The notes: generated from the letters alone by a model not told the origin. A stretch of 64,000 bases of DNA from Guillardia theta CCMP2712 (GCF_000315625.1 NW_005434520.1:58403-122402); one strand, 5' to 3'; positions 37,425 through 49,490 are shown, numbered from the stretch's first letter. Program-made: numbers and translations.

Positions 37425-38330
37425 CCTTTAATCGACAAAGGCCTCCCCTGGGAATCCCGGACTCCCCGGGGAGTCCCTTTTTCGAGCCCTCATACAGCCC
37501 CCTTGGAAGGGCATAAAGGCGCAGATAAAGGCGGGGAAAATGGCAGGGGAAGGAAGAGGGGAGGAAGAACTTTCCAACGCTGAAATTCGCGTTGCAAACG
37601 ACCAACCCGTTGTCGAGATAGGACAGGAGATAACTGTGAAAAGTAAGATGTTTGGCCGTTTCAGGCCTGCAAAGAGCATTCTCATGGGCGTGCATAGATG
37701 CGATTGGAACTCCGTCGCGATAACTGGAAAGGTGATAGCGAAGTGTGGGAATGGTAGATGGATGGTTGATTGGTACTTGCCTGGTGAAAGAATGAAAATT
37801 AGCGTCTTGGAGAGTACCTTACGATCCACATTGTTGCCTGGGGAAATGCCAAATTTGCAAAATTCTACCGTGCCAATGTTTCCGCTGCCCGCGATGTAGC
37901 CGCGTCCGATGACGCTGGCTCTAATGATGTAGTGGTGTCTCATCATGACCCTGTCCCTATGCAAGGGGAATCAAACCATGAAAATGATTCCTCTTCGCCT
38001 ATGACCATCAATTGCAATTTTGGAGAAAATGTCCTCGTTTGGCAGTTATCACCGACTGGTGTTGCAGAAGATCAACGACTGTCAAGTGGATTTGCAATGC
38101 GCAAAACTGTGATTCGCTGGACACCAGCTCTGCAGATCCTTGACGAGAAAACTCCATTTGATTGCTGGAAATTTCTGCTTCCGTGGAAGTATTTTTTCGG
38201 AGATTGCGACGAAACTGGATGTTGTTTGCTCTGGACGAACAATTCTTTGCCAGCAAATGTGAAACCGTTCACTGTACATGAATGGCTTCAGTTCATGGGT
38301 GTGCTGTTCATGAGAACTCTACATGAAGGC
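37425..38330 (+). mobile_element. 5' part of a truncated piggyBac-like element
   Basis: TTAA (37421-37424) followed by CCTTTAATCGAC; downstream reading KTPFDCWKFLLP...WTNNSL...FTVHEWLQFMGVLFMRT matches the N-terminal part of piggyBac (DDE_Tnp_1_7) transposases; cut off by the satellite at ~38330. Confidence 0.6.
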
Positions 38331-38510
38331 TACCTCTGAGAGGGAAAGCACTACCCCCTCTAGGCTACGAGTACCACCCCTATATCACGTTTTCATAGAG
38401 AGCTGCCGTAACCGGTACCTGATGCTAGTGGTAGTGTGTGAAAAACGATACACCCGTTATATTATGCGGAGACTACCTACTACCCCCTCTAGGCTACGAG
38501 TGGTAGTGTG
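38330..38510 (+). repeat. ~155-bp satellite unit, block 1
   Basis: ctacctctgagagggaaagcactaccccctctaggctacgagtaccacccc...caccggtacctgatgctagtggt...tattatgcggagac. Confidence 0.9.
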
Positions 38511-38579
38511 CCACCTTTTAGCGGTTTAGAGAGCAAGAACAGCTGCTCAAGATCATTGCGAGTCTTGTGGTTTTTGAAC

Positions 38580-39898
38580 CTAGCAACTTGGCAACACAAG
38601 ATGTGCACACTGTGACATAGTAGACACACTGGCAGGGCCATGGCACTTTCGAATGCTGGTCCGATCATCTCTCTTCGTCTATGGCATGATGAGCATGTTT
38701 TCAGTTCTTCGACCAGACGACCCTCGCGACGTTGGATACTACAGCAGGCTGTTGACTGCTACCGAGCGCAATCATGACACGACGGACAGGGAACTCGTTG
38801 CTATCAAGGATACGCTTCTTTGTTTTCGTTTATATGCAAAAAAATCCCGAAGAGGCTGCGTCGGCTTCTCAAAGGGGAGGAACCGGCTCATTCACTGGCA
38901 GAAAGCAATACATCACGTTGATAACGACATGTAGATCGTAGACTACGCTTCACCGTATTCAACGATGTCTCCATTACTCAGCACGCACTTGCATTTCCCT
39001 TCCCCATCGACCAGCAGGACATCCAGGTTTTTCACGAACTTGCATTCTTGAAGTTTTGAGATCACGATCGCAAGCGCTTCTGCAAGCGGCGGTTCCCCTC
39101 CAACCACATACCCTGTGTAAATCTTACCCGATACGTGCGGTCTGTGTAAAGGTTTTGAGATCTCGTGCATGAGGTTTTTAAGTTCTTTCTGAACAAAGTC
39201 TTCCTTCGCTGCGAAGCCAAAGTTTCGCAGCTTATTACAGACTTCTCTGCCATACATACTCAATGTCGTTTTGTCACGGCCTACAGTCAACAAATGCTCG
39301 TTCACAAACATCTCCAAACCTTTCGTGAGAGACAAGTCGCTCTTGTACTGTTGCATGGCGTTCTCAATCAGAGCTCGGTTGTTGGCTATGACCTTGACCC
39401 GCGATAATTCTTGGAGACTTTGCATCTCCTGTTGCAGCAATTGGCTCTTGAGATCTTTCAGCTGTGTTTCCTTTTCTGCAATGCGTATATCCTTTTCTTG
39501 AATGAATTTATCCTTTTCTGCAATGAGTTTATCCTTTTCTGCAATGAGTTTATCCTCGCGAGTCTTGAGATCTTTCAGCTGCGTTTCCTTTTCTGCAATG
39601 AGTTTATCCTCGCGAGTCTTGAGATCTTTCAGCTGTGTTTCCTTTTCTGCAATGAGTTTATCCTTCAGGGCAATGACTTCATCCTTGTGGGCAATTATGC
39701 TTGACTGCCACGGCCACCAGCTTGCTGATCCTGTTGGGGACATGCTGAGGGGTCTTGACAGCGTGATCTGCCGTGACCTGTCCCAACCAACACTGTAGAC
39801 CAGCTGCTTATCTCCTCCTAGTCTTCCTCTTCTTTTCTGCATGCTGAAACTCATTCCTCTCCCCAACATTTTCAACATATTCGAATGTTCTGCCAGAA
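38580..39898. repeat. Segmental duplication copy 1 (partner at 45937-47765)
   Basis: Near-identical from ctagcaacttggcaacacaagatg to gaatgttctgccagaa; includes a Ty3/gypsy RNase H scrap (GYYSRLLTATERNHDTTDRELVAIKDTLLCFRLY). Confidence 0.95.
38943..39878 (-). CDS. Hypothetical intronless protein with IAEK coiled-coil repeats (311 aa), copy 1
   Basis: Open ORF with repeated LIAEKETQLKDLKTREDK units and a globular-looking C-terminus; conserved in both copies. Confidence 0.65.
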   Translation of the reverse strand: MLKMLGRGMSFSMQKRRGRLGGDKQLVYSVGWDRSRQITLSRPLSMSPTGSASWWPWQSSIIAHKDEVIALKDKLIAEKETQLKDLKTREDKLIAEKETQLKDLKTREDKLIAEKDKLIAEKDKFIQEKDIRIAEKETQLKDLKSQLLQQEMQSLQELSRVKVIANNRALIENAMQQYKSDLSLTKGLEMFVNEHLLTVGRDKTTLSMYGREVCNKLRNFGFAAKEDFVQKELKNLMHEISKPLHRPHVSGKIYTGYVVGGEPPLAEALAIVISKLQECKFVKNLDVLLVDGEGKCKCVLSNGDIVEYGEA

Positions 39899-39932
39899 GC
39901 CTCTTTGAGTTGAGTTTATATTGCCTACTGTA

Positions 39933-40282
39933 GCCACCCCTATATACCCGCTATATTATGCGGAGACAACCTATCTCTGAGAGGGAAAGCACTACCCCCT
40001 CTAGGCTACGAGTACCACCCCTGTATCATCTTTTCATAGAGAGCTGCCGCAAGCACCGGTACCTGATGCTAGTGGTGGTGTGTGAAAAACGATACACCCG
40101 TTATATTATGCGGAGACTACCTACCTGGTTTAGGCTCTGAGAGGGAAAGCACTACCCCCTCTAGGCTGCGAGTACCACCCCTGTATCATCTTTTCATAGA
40201 GAGCTGCCGCAAGCACCGGTACCTGATGCTAGTGGTGGTGTGTGAAAAACTTCGATACACCCGTTATATAATGCGGAGACAA
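39933..40282 (+). repeat. ~155-bp satellite, block 2 (interrupted by the Mutator insertion)
   Basis: About two tandem units of the 38330 repeat, ending in CGGAGACAA. Confidence 0.9.
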
Positions 40283-43200
40283 GGGGTATTCGACAGAAAC
40301 GCGCCCGAAATCTTGGGTGACAGATTAAAATCTTATCTATTTTAAAGCATATTCTCCTCTGCCTTAACCGGTCCAAACAAGGCAAAGACATCTAGAGGGG
40401 GTGGGTACTCTCTGGTACCAATTAATAATTGTTAACAACCTTTTTAGGATTACGGTACCAAAAGTATTCTTGTATTCGACTACCCCTCCACTTCACTCTC
40501 ACTACCCCCCATTACCCCCACCTCTCCTCAATCCACCACCCCCCCACCCTCCTTTGTCAGAGAACATCGGTTGTCACATGGGTGGTCGTCATACCCCAAA
40601 CAGACTACAGTACCCCCTCCTGGCAGCCTGACATACTATACGTAGGAGGGGTACTTCATCACGATTAGGAAAGTCTACAGTACCCCCTTGTGGCAGCCTG
40701 ACATCCTATACCCAAGAGGGGTACTTCATCACTTTGTTGGAAAGTCTACAGTACCCCCTTGTGGCAGCCTGACATACTATACCTAGGAGGGGTGCTACAT
40801 CCCCACTCCTCCCTCCTTCACTCGTCCCACATCGTCGCGGAGTATGTCATTCGCACACCAATGCTGCTAACACTGTTCAGTGTCGTACATTCTGGGGCAC
40901 TGCGGCAAGCTCTGCAGTCATCTATATCAGTTCATCAGACCATCTCTTCCTTGTCAGGACTACTCCCATTGACTTCCTCTCTGTTATGCCCATTGCACGT
41001 TGTCGGCAGGTTGTTGGTTTGACGATGGTGAACGCTATGATGGCAACTACTATCCTCCTGTCCCCAACACTCGTCCACGTGTGTTTATCTTCGAAGTACC
41101 TTTATCCTACCTTGCAATGCTAGTCTGGACTCTGCAAACTCCTCGTTTTAAGGCATCCATCACTCCACGTTTACTTCTTCCCCTGATAAATACACCTTTG
41201 TCAACAACCTTTCCATCGCTTGCCGGATCTCGTCTATGTCCCCTTGGCCAAATGTATTCACTGCCATGTTTCCAGACAGGCAGTCAGCTATTCCGCACAG
41301 AAATATGCCACATGACATGGAATCAGTTTGTCTCGGGATCTGTGTCAGGTGATTCAAACTCGGTGAATAACATTGGGCATTTGAAAATTCTCTACTGACC
41401 TGGTTCGAAGCCATGTATTCCTCCTGCCAAACCTCTCCTGCATCCAATCCCTCTTGCTGCCATTCATGTCGCAAGAAATCTATTCCACCCATCACGACAC
41501 AAGGTATGCTTTTGTCAATAGAAGCGCATACCTGCGACTATTCCCATGTACGCCGATGGTGTGTCATGTCTAGGATCATACATCCTGCCAATCCATCATC
41601 ATTCCACATCCAATGCATTTCTCAATGTGTCCACACTCACCTTATCACCTTCGTCAGGGGCTCTACAACCATCAAAGACCAATGCACTCCTTGAATCCTC
41701 CCCGAGCCGTCCTTGTTCAGCTCACCCGTGTTGACAGGGATCAAAATTTGCTTGTAATTGGACCACGTCCCAGCTGGAAACCATCGTCGTAACGAGTTGT
41801 AACCCTCAGTCACCTCGTCGTTCGACTGTCATGTCACATTAGAATGATTGTAATGTAGCAATCACTTGCTACCTTGGCAAGTTCGTGATTTAGCCTCAAC
41901 TTTGTGAAGAAGAACGTTGAAACAATGAAGCTGTTTCCTTGTCCAACCTCTCCCTGCTTTCCTCTCAATCGACGATTGTCCATTTCGCGTACGATTAGCA
42001 ACTGTAAGAATGCATTGATGGCCTCGTCTCGTACCCATTCACCTGGTTGCAATACTTTGACATCCTCCTGTGACAGAGTTGATCGTGAGATCACATACAC
42101 ACGTTTGTGTGTAAGATATTGCATCACAACATTCCTGCTGTACTGCTCTGTGCCGATCCATTTCTTCAGATACTCGCACCTTACATCTGTATCAAGTCGA
42201 CGTGATAACGTTGACGGTCCTTCCTGTCCCAAATCTTCACCTTCCTCGGCTTCTTTCGACATTCCCGATACTTCCTGTCCTGTATGTTGTCCATTCCGGA
42301 GGTTTAATTCGGTTGGCGGGGCATGGAGTACCTCCTTAGGTGCATTCTCTTCTTGTGCTTCATGTGTAGCCTTGTCTTTCTTCTCGCAAGTCCGTACATT
42401 ATGTCCGACCTCCCCACAGTATCCGCATGATCTTTGTCGTTTTGGTGGAAGTTCGCTAAATCCCTCAGTGTTGGCAATGTCATCATCAGTCATGTTACAG
42501 CCAGTCAATGAGCGTTTGTTCGATGAACCATATTGCTTCCTCTCTGACAACCCCTGATTCGGTATTCTGCCTTTCGGTCGGCCTGTGCGCTTAGGTTTAC
42601 GCGGGGGAGTATCCAACTTTGCATCTTCATTGCGAGGAAGCGGTATGTCGTCTTGATGAGGAATAGATTGTCCAAATTCAAAGTCTTCGTGTTGAAAAGC
42701 GGCATGGAGAGTATCCCCCAACCAGACTTTGTCGTACAATGATGTGATGAGCTGTTTACCACTTGTCTTCCCCTTGTGTATCTTGTTGTAAACTGCTATT
42801 GCATGCTTACAAGCTCTGCCCGTCTGCTCCCATTGCCAGCAAGGCCTGCATTGTCGTTTGCTCAGACTCACGAATGACATAACTTTGTTCGACTGAGCAG
42901 TCCGCACTGTGACTGTCGTCATTCCTTCATTGCCAACAGCATCTGGTATCACACATCTGGTGCTTGCCGTGCATGCCTTGTCGTGTTCCTGCAAGACTTT
43001 GTTGCATAGGAACAGACTAGGCTGTTCCCCTGGTGGTGGATTGTAATTATGGTATAATTTCTGAAGTATTTCCATCCAACGCTCAGCGAGTATCTGGAAA
43101 AATCTCAATGGATCAGATGATCTGGACAGATTATGACGGAGTCTTGCATTTTCACTTTCAGTATTGTTGTTGCATCGTATTCCATAAGTCCTGATGTAAG

Positions 43201-45517
43201 ATCCTCGGTTGCCAGAAGCATCTTTTGGCTCTTTGCATTGCGCATACCTTGCCTGCTCCAAGTCAATGTCGCACAATCATACAACCTAGTGCTTACCCAA
43301 CACTTATGGTCTATAGCATTGAGGTAATCATGTGCCACTGGGTTGTGCTCTTTCAGGTTTGCCATAGCATCTTCGAATCGGCGCAAAGTCACTGCAGACT
43401 AAGACGTGTGAACGACTCGGACAAGTGATCGGTTTGTCAACTGACCTGTGCTTGCCAGAAGAATGGTTGAGTGGCAGGACAAGTGCCTTTCCCATTGGTG
43501 GTGAGGCAAGGAGCACGGTGTTCTGTGAAGATATGTGACCAATATCTATTGAAATCCATCACGATGATGATACCTTTGCAATGTTGGTTGATGTTGCAGA
43601 GCAAGTGGAAGCAACAGAAGATAACATCGGCTTCAGGCATAGCACGTCGCACTCCCGCCAGGATAGCCTTCCCCCGGTCGGAGATAATAGTCAAAGGCCC
43701 CGAGTCGCGAGACAACCATTCGTTCAATCCCGTGGCCTTCAGCTGGTCCCACATGAACGCAGTATTTTCTTCTGTCTCGTCACCAACCACGGAGCCTTCT
43801 TCTTTCCACGAAGCAAACACACCTGTTAGCTGTGTTGGTGAAGGAAGGCAAGATGGGAAGAAGTATCAGAAGATACCTACTGCGAGAGGGATGATGGTAT
43901 TAGTTCCCAACCTTGCTTCAATCACCATGATTTTGCCAGAATACCACCTATGTAGAATCATCACACCACAACATACACGGGAAACAAGAAGATTGAAGGG
44001 GGGAACCTGTGTGTGATGTGACAGAAGTCCTGTCCTAGAAAGCGCAGACCAATAGTCTTCACCAAATGGATCATGGTTCCATTCGCAAGGAATGCTCCAC
44101 GAAACGAATTGCCCCTGCTGGAAGGCATGGGTGACATGACAACTCCGCGACTTCCCTTGTTCAAGGAGGTATATTCCTCCATCCAGTTCTCCAGAAGGAG
44201 ATAGGATTCTCGATATTCGTCCCAAGATCCACTTTCAACCTGTGATCGAGCTTTGAATATAGTTGCAAGACTAGCATCTACACCCAATTCAGACTTGATC
44301 GCAACTTGCAACTCCTTAGCGGTCATACGGGTTTGATGCAAACCACCGCCATCTCCAATCGAAGTGGATAGCAAGGAACGAAAGTATTCGTTGTTCACCA
44401 AGAATCGTATAGTACCCGTTCCCACTGAAGTACACATGGGTTTGCAATGTCGAGTAATGCTATTCTCGACATCTATATACCAGTAACTCTTATATCTCTG
44501 AGCAAGGCTCACAGATTTTTTGGCTACCAACCGGTACCTGTCCACCCACATTTACAGGAGATACGTGTTCTCACCGAAAGGTTACCTGCATCCTTCACAC
44601 GTACACAGGATCAGATATGATTTAAATCCTGAGGGAGCTCGTTGAACACGAACACCCTTGTTCCCATTAAGAAAGTTGATTTCTTGTACATAAGACGTAC
44701 ACTGTTTACGTTTGAGGAAATGTTTGCCTTGAAGCTTGGAAGCATGACATACGGCGGGGACAATGGCGGATGGAGTTGCGTATAGCATTGCGTCGACAGG
44801 GGACTGAAGGGGCGGGGCAGGGGCTGGTGATATGGAATGCATCGCAGAAGAACCATACTTGTTCCCGGACTGCACAGGACGAAGAGAGCCTTGCTGAAAA
44901 TCATCGTCTGACATATCCTCTGTATCAAGAGAACTGCCTATGTCATTACAATCAGGTGGGCCAGCCTTACTATCAAAAGGCATATGCTGTGATGTATCAT
45001 CATCACCTACTTGAAGACCTGCCAGTACTGTTGTGTGACTAACATTGACCGTGGCGGGAGAAGTAGGCATAGATTGGTCTGCCAGTTCATGATAAAGACG
45101 ACTAGCCGCTTCCACGAGGTTCCCGTCAAGCCTCCATCCCACGAGTTGATGTCCCTTCGAGATAACTTGACCTATACGAAGGTTGGAGGAAAGCCCCAGC
45201 TGAGAACGTATGGTTTCAACATGGTGCATGAACGATGTGGGATGCAGAGCTGCCATGGCGCGGCGTCCGCGGCGTGCTGGAATGGCCAGATTTGTTGGCG
45301 GGAAAGTAGTACCAAGTTGGAGAGTTTGTACGGGGTCGTACTACGGTACCTTAGCAATAATTGTTTGTAAAGGGCAAATGTAACTTAAATTAGTACCGAG
45401 TTTGCTATTTTCATACTGTTTAAAATAATCCAAGAAGCGTTACTATCCAAACAATTTGTACTATTTATCCAATTGTCCTATATCCATGATTTTGGACGCG
45501 TTTCTGTCGAATACCCC
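40283..45517 (-). mobile_element. Complete Mutator/MULE DNA transposon carrying a Ulp1 protease domain
   Basis: TIRs GGGGTATTCGACAGAAACGCG... at 40283 and ...CGCGTTTCTGTCGAATACCCC ending at 45517; perfect 9-bp TSD CGGAGACAA at 40274-40282 and 45518-45526. Confidence 0.95.
41160..45256 (-). CDS. MULE transposase - SWIM finger - CCHC knuckle - Ulp1 (peptidase C48), multi-exon
   Basis: DDE core FLGQDFCH / TIISDRGKAI...FCCFHLLCN / NNNTESENARLR; SWIM CRPCWQWEQTGRACKHAIAV; knuckle CGYCGEVGHNVRTC; Ulp1 LQPGEWVRDEAINAF, STFFFTKL, ILIPVN, HWSLMVV, YDP and QTDSMSCGIFLC; ends approximate. Confidence 0.85.
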
Positions 45518-45940
45518 CGGAGACAACCTACCTCTGAGAGGGAAAGCACTACCCCCTCTAGGCTACGAGTACCACCCCTGTATCATCTTTTCATAGAGAG
45601 CTGCCGCAAGCACCGGTACCTGATGCTAGTGGTAGTGTATGAAAAACTTCGATACAACCGTTGTATTATGCGGAGACTACCTACCTCTGAGAGGGAAAGC
45701 ACCGTAGTACCCCCTCTAGGCTACGAGTACCACCCCTGTATCATCTTTTCATAGAGAGCTGCCGCAAGCACCGGTACCTGATGCTAGTGGTGGTGTGTGA
45801 AAAACTTCGATACAACCGTTATATAATGCGGAGACTACCTACCTCTGAGAGGGAAAGCACTACCCCCTCTAGGCTGCGAGTACCACCCCTGTATCATCTT
45901 TTCATAGAGAGCTGCCGCAAGCACCGGTACCTGATGCTAG
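45518..45940 (+). repeat. ~155-bp satellite, block 3
   Basis: Units begin at ~45527, ~45680 and ~45838. Confidence 0.9.
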
Positions 45941-47765
45941 CAACTTGGCAACACAAGATGTGCACACTGTGACATAGTAGACACACTGGCAGGGCCATGG
46001 CACTTTCGAATGCTGGTCCGATCATCTCTCTTCGTCTATGGCATGATGAGCATGTTTTCAGTTCTTCGCCGCTGGAAGCCTCGGTGGGGCACAACATAGC
46101 TTTGCCCGCCAAAAAATTGATTTGAATTTTCTCGTGACATTCCGGCTGCCATGGCATGCAGCCCCCCCTAAATTCCCCGCCATAGCGCCCCGAACGCACT
46201 CAGTGCTGCATGGAGGCACGATGCCATGATGCCAATGATGATGCTGAGGCGGGGGGGTATTGCTCGTGGAGGCCCTTCCTTAAGCAGCTCAACGTCTACC
46301 TTGCTCGCTTCAAGGACTGGAAAGTCCCGGACGAGTACAAGCTCACCGAGCGCATCAATCGCCCTCTACCGCGCGGAGTCACACATCAGCCCTGACGCCC
46401 AGGAGAGCAGATCGAGGCTCGCAGAGCTACCGTCCTCGACGAATGCGTCCGGGCTGTCTTCGCTGCCCGGCCGGATAACCAACGAGCAGCTGGCACACGA
46501 GCTGCTGCTGTGCATTGATGTATTCTCGTTGACTACTTGCATGTTATTCTGACCTGCTGCAATCCTGTCTGCGTACTCTCTGAAATGAATCATTTCAGCC
46601 TATATTTTAGCCAGTGATTCCTCATTCGCGCGACCAGACGGCCCTCGCGACGTTGGATACTACAGCAGGCTGTTGACTGCTACCGAGCGCAATCATGACA
46701 CGACGGACAGGGAACTCGTTGCTATCAAGGATACGCTTCTTTGTTTTCGTTTATATGCAAAAAAATCCCGAAGAGGCTGCGTCGGCTTCTCAAAGGGGAG
46801 GAACCGGCTCATTCACTGGCAGAAAGCAATACATCACGTTGATAACGACATGTAGATCGTAGACTACGCTTCACCGTATTCAACGATGTCTCCATTACTC
46901 AGCACGCACTTGCATTTCCCTTCCCCATCGACCAGCAGGACATCCAGGTTTTTCACGAACTTGCATTCTTGAAGTTTTGAGATCACGATCGCAAGCGCTT
47001 CTGCAAGCGGCGGTTCCCCTCCAACCACATACCCTGTGTAAATCTTACCCGATACGTGCGGTCTGTGTAAAGGTTTTGAGATCTCGTGCATGAGGTTTTT
47101 AAGTTCTTTCTGAACAAAGTCTTCCTTCGCTGCGAAGCCAAAGTTTCGCAGCTTATTACAGACTTCTCTGCCATACATACTCAATGTCGTTTTGTCACGG
47201 CCTACAGTCAACAAATGCTCGTTCACAAACATCTCCAAACCTTTCGAGAGAGACAAGTCGCTCTTGTACTGTTGCATGGCGTTCTCAATCAGAGCTCGGT
47301 TGTTGGCTATGACCTTGACCCGCGATAATTCTTGGAGACTTTGCATCTCCTGTTGCAGCAATTGGCTCTTGAGATCTTTCAGCTGTGTTTCCTTTTCTGC
47401 AATGCGTATATCCTTTTCTTGAATGAATTTATCCTTTTCTGCAATGAGTTTATCCTTTTCTGCAATGAGTTTATCCTCGCGAGTCTTGAGATCTTTCAGC
47501 TGTGTTTCCTTTTCTGCAATGAGTTTATCCTTCAGGGCAATGACTTCATCCTTGTGGGCAATTATGCTTGACTGCCACGGCCACCAGCTTGCTGATCCTG
47601 TTGGGGACATGCTGAGGGGTCTTGACAGCGTGATCTGCCGTGACCTGTCCCAACCAACACTGTAGACCAGCTGCTTATCTCCTCCTAGTCTTCCTCTTCT
47701 TTTCTGCATGCTGAAACTCATTCCTCTCCCCAACATTTTCAACATATTCGAATGTTCTGCCAGAA
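45937..47765. repeat. Segmental duplication copy 2 (extra ~565 bp at ~46068-46632)
   Basis: Matches 38580-39898 except for the extra block and one fewer 54-bp unit. Confidence 0.95.
46864..47745 (-). CDS. Hypothetical IAEK coiled-coil protein (293 aa), copy 2
   Basis: Same as 38943-39878 except for an 18-aa repeat deletion and a T>S change. Confidence 0.65.
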   Translation of the reverse strand: MLKMLGRGMSFSMQKRRGRLGGDKQLVYSVGWDRSRQITLSRPLSMSPTGSASWWPWQSSIIAHKDEVIALKDKLIAEKETQLKDLKTREDKLIAEKDKLIAEKDKFIQEKDIRIAEKETQLKDLKSQLLQQEMQSLQELSRVKVIANNRALIENAMQQYKSDLSLSKGLEMFVNEHLLTVGRDKTTLSMYGREVCNKLRNFGFAAKEDFVQKELKNLMHEISKPLHRPHVSGKIYTGYVVGGEPPLAEALAIVISKLQECKFVKNLDVLLVDGEGKCKCVLSNGDIVEYGEA

Positions 47766-47941
47766 TATAGAAAGAATAGCACGGATTCTATATGGAGCCC
47801 TTTCTTTTACTTAAAGTTGAGTAAACTTTCTTAGTTAAGTAACGTTCACAATGCAGGAAGCACAATGAAGAGCATCGACGCCGCCCTAGAGCAAGGATGA
47901 TGGTGTTCTACATCCGATCACGTCTTAGGATCATTCTAGGC

Positions 47942-48108
47942 ATAGTTGTGCATTACTTCTACACATCTTTCAATCATGATAAGGATAGAAAACCTTTCAT
48001 GTTAGAGAAGAACATGGTCTGAAAAATAGTTGCGCATTACTTCTACACATCTTTCAATCATGATAAGGATAGAAAACCTTTCATGTTAGAGAAGAACATG
48101 GTCTGAAG
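47942..48108 (+). repeat. Two-unit ~86-bp tandem duplication
   Basis: atagttg.gcattacttctacacatctttcaatcatgataaggatagaaaacctttcatgttagagaagaacatggtctgaa occurs twice. Confidence 0.9.
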
Positions 48109-48559
48109 AATCATACTTGTCTTGTTGAGATTCCCAAGTTGTCATTATCATGATGTCGTCCATCCCCAACTGTCTGCAATATGCAAGTCCCTTGAGCAAC
48201 CATATCACGCTTGTTTCCTTTGTACACTGCACGATCATCCACACCCTAATCACAAAAGCATCCTCAAGCTCCCCTTACCCCGCACTTGTCCCATGATCCC
48301 ATCCCCATGAACATTATAGAAGTGACAAGGTGTAATCGTTGTTGCATGCAGGATAGCATCCAACTTCCCAATGTGTCTGTACCTGATCCTCTCAAACCTG
48401 CGCATACTCCTTCACCCCCATCCCCAGTTATCTGGTATTGCACTTGCATGTTTGTAGACATCTCCGACAGGTACTATGCTCTTCTGTATTGCACATTAAT
48501 GTATTACACTAGTAACTACACCAAAACATCTCTACATCCTTCGCCCTCGCCCGCTCTTC

Positions 48560-49490
48560 CTAAGCAGAAGTAAATTCCTGTGATATGTCAAGCGAGGGAA
48601 GATCCCCCTCCCACCCCAAACAAAATCATACTCACCCAGTGCTAGCAGAGGACATACTTCAGGTGAACACACGTTGCTGTAGACATATTTTGGATCCCGC
48701 GGTTTCTCACCAGCCTGATCATTTTTTGCGTAAATTACGTAGAAGCGCAAGGCATCCCCGACGAATTCCATGTGATTGTACAACAGTGTGCATACGTTTC
48801 TGGATCTGGACATCAAATTCCAAGCCAGAATCAAAAAAGGTCCTGGCCCAAACATATTCTCTTTCTGGTTTCTGTAGCATAACCTTGGCGAACACTGAGT
48901 ACAAATCGTATGACAATGGTACATTGCCGGTTGTCACTTTTGCATCTTGATTGCAAGATTGAGAAAGATTCAACGTTCGCTTCAATCCTCTGAAGTCACT
49001 GCTCAATGTTTTCACCGCCTCGATGCTTCAATCCTCTGAAGTCACTGCTCAATGTTTTCACCGCCTCGATGCTCAGTGTAACCCCGTAATTCTTGAGCAT
49101 GTGCATCTTGTACGACGAGCATGTTTGGAATGTTAGTTCTGGATTTTGTTGAACTTTATGGGTCACCCAGTCAAGAAACATCACTGGCGTGAATTTTTCA
49201 AAGTGGATGGGATTAATTTGCTTCTGTAACATTATACTCTCTTCATGTAAGTTGTAGTTGGTAAACTCTCGTCCGTCGTCGCCGGCTCTGTCACCTGATC
49301 TGATCCGTTCAAGAATTTGTCATGTTCTTCACGCATGTTCGTTTTGAATTCATCAGTTATGAGAGCATAATACTCGTCATTCGCGTACAACCATTCTATG
49401 AAGCGTATCATGTAGTTCATATACATCTCTCTGAGAAGATACATTGTTCTGCTGAATGCGTGTACGTCTTTCCTCGAATTCTCTCCGCTG
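48560..49490 (-). pseudogene. Degenerate Crypton (CryptonS-like) tyrosine-recombinase transposon remnant
   Basis: Frameshifted reading EYVWARTF-LILAWNLMSRSRNVCTLLYNHMEFVGDALRFYVIYAKNDQAGEKPRDPKYVYSNVCSPEVCPLLALG matches the WNLMxR / KNDQxG..PRDP / PxxCPxLAL motifs I recognise from stramenopile Crypton recombinases; the C-terminal catalytic half is missing. Confidence 0.7.

Noticed and set aside
38715-38835. Functional retroelement at the RNase H-like peptide (also ~46640-46756)
   Set aside because: Only a ~35-aa scrap without RT, integrase or LTRs
38330-45940. Short ORFs (SERESTTPSRLRVPP...) or a CRISPR array in the ~155-bp repeats
   Set aside because: These are translations of a satellite; there is no repeat-spacer structure
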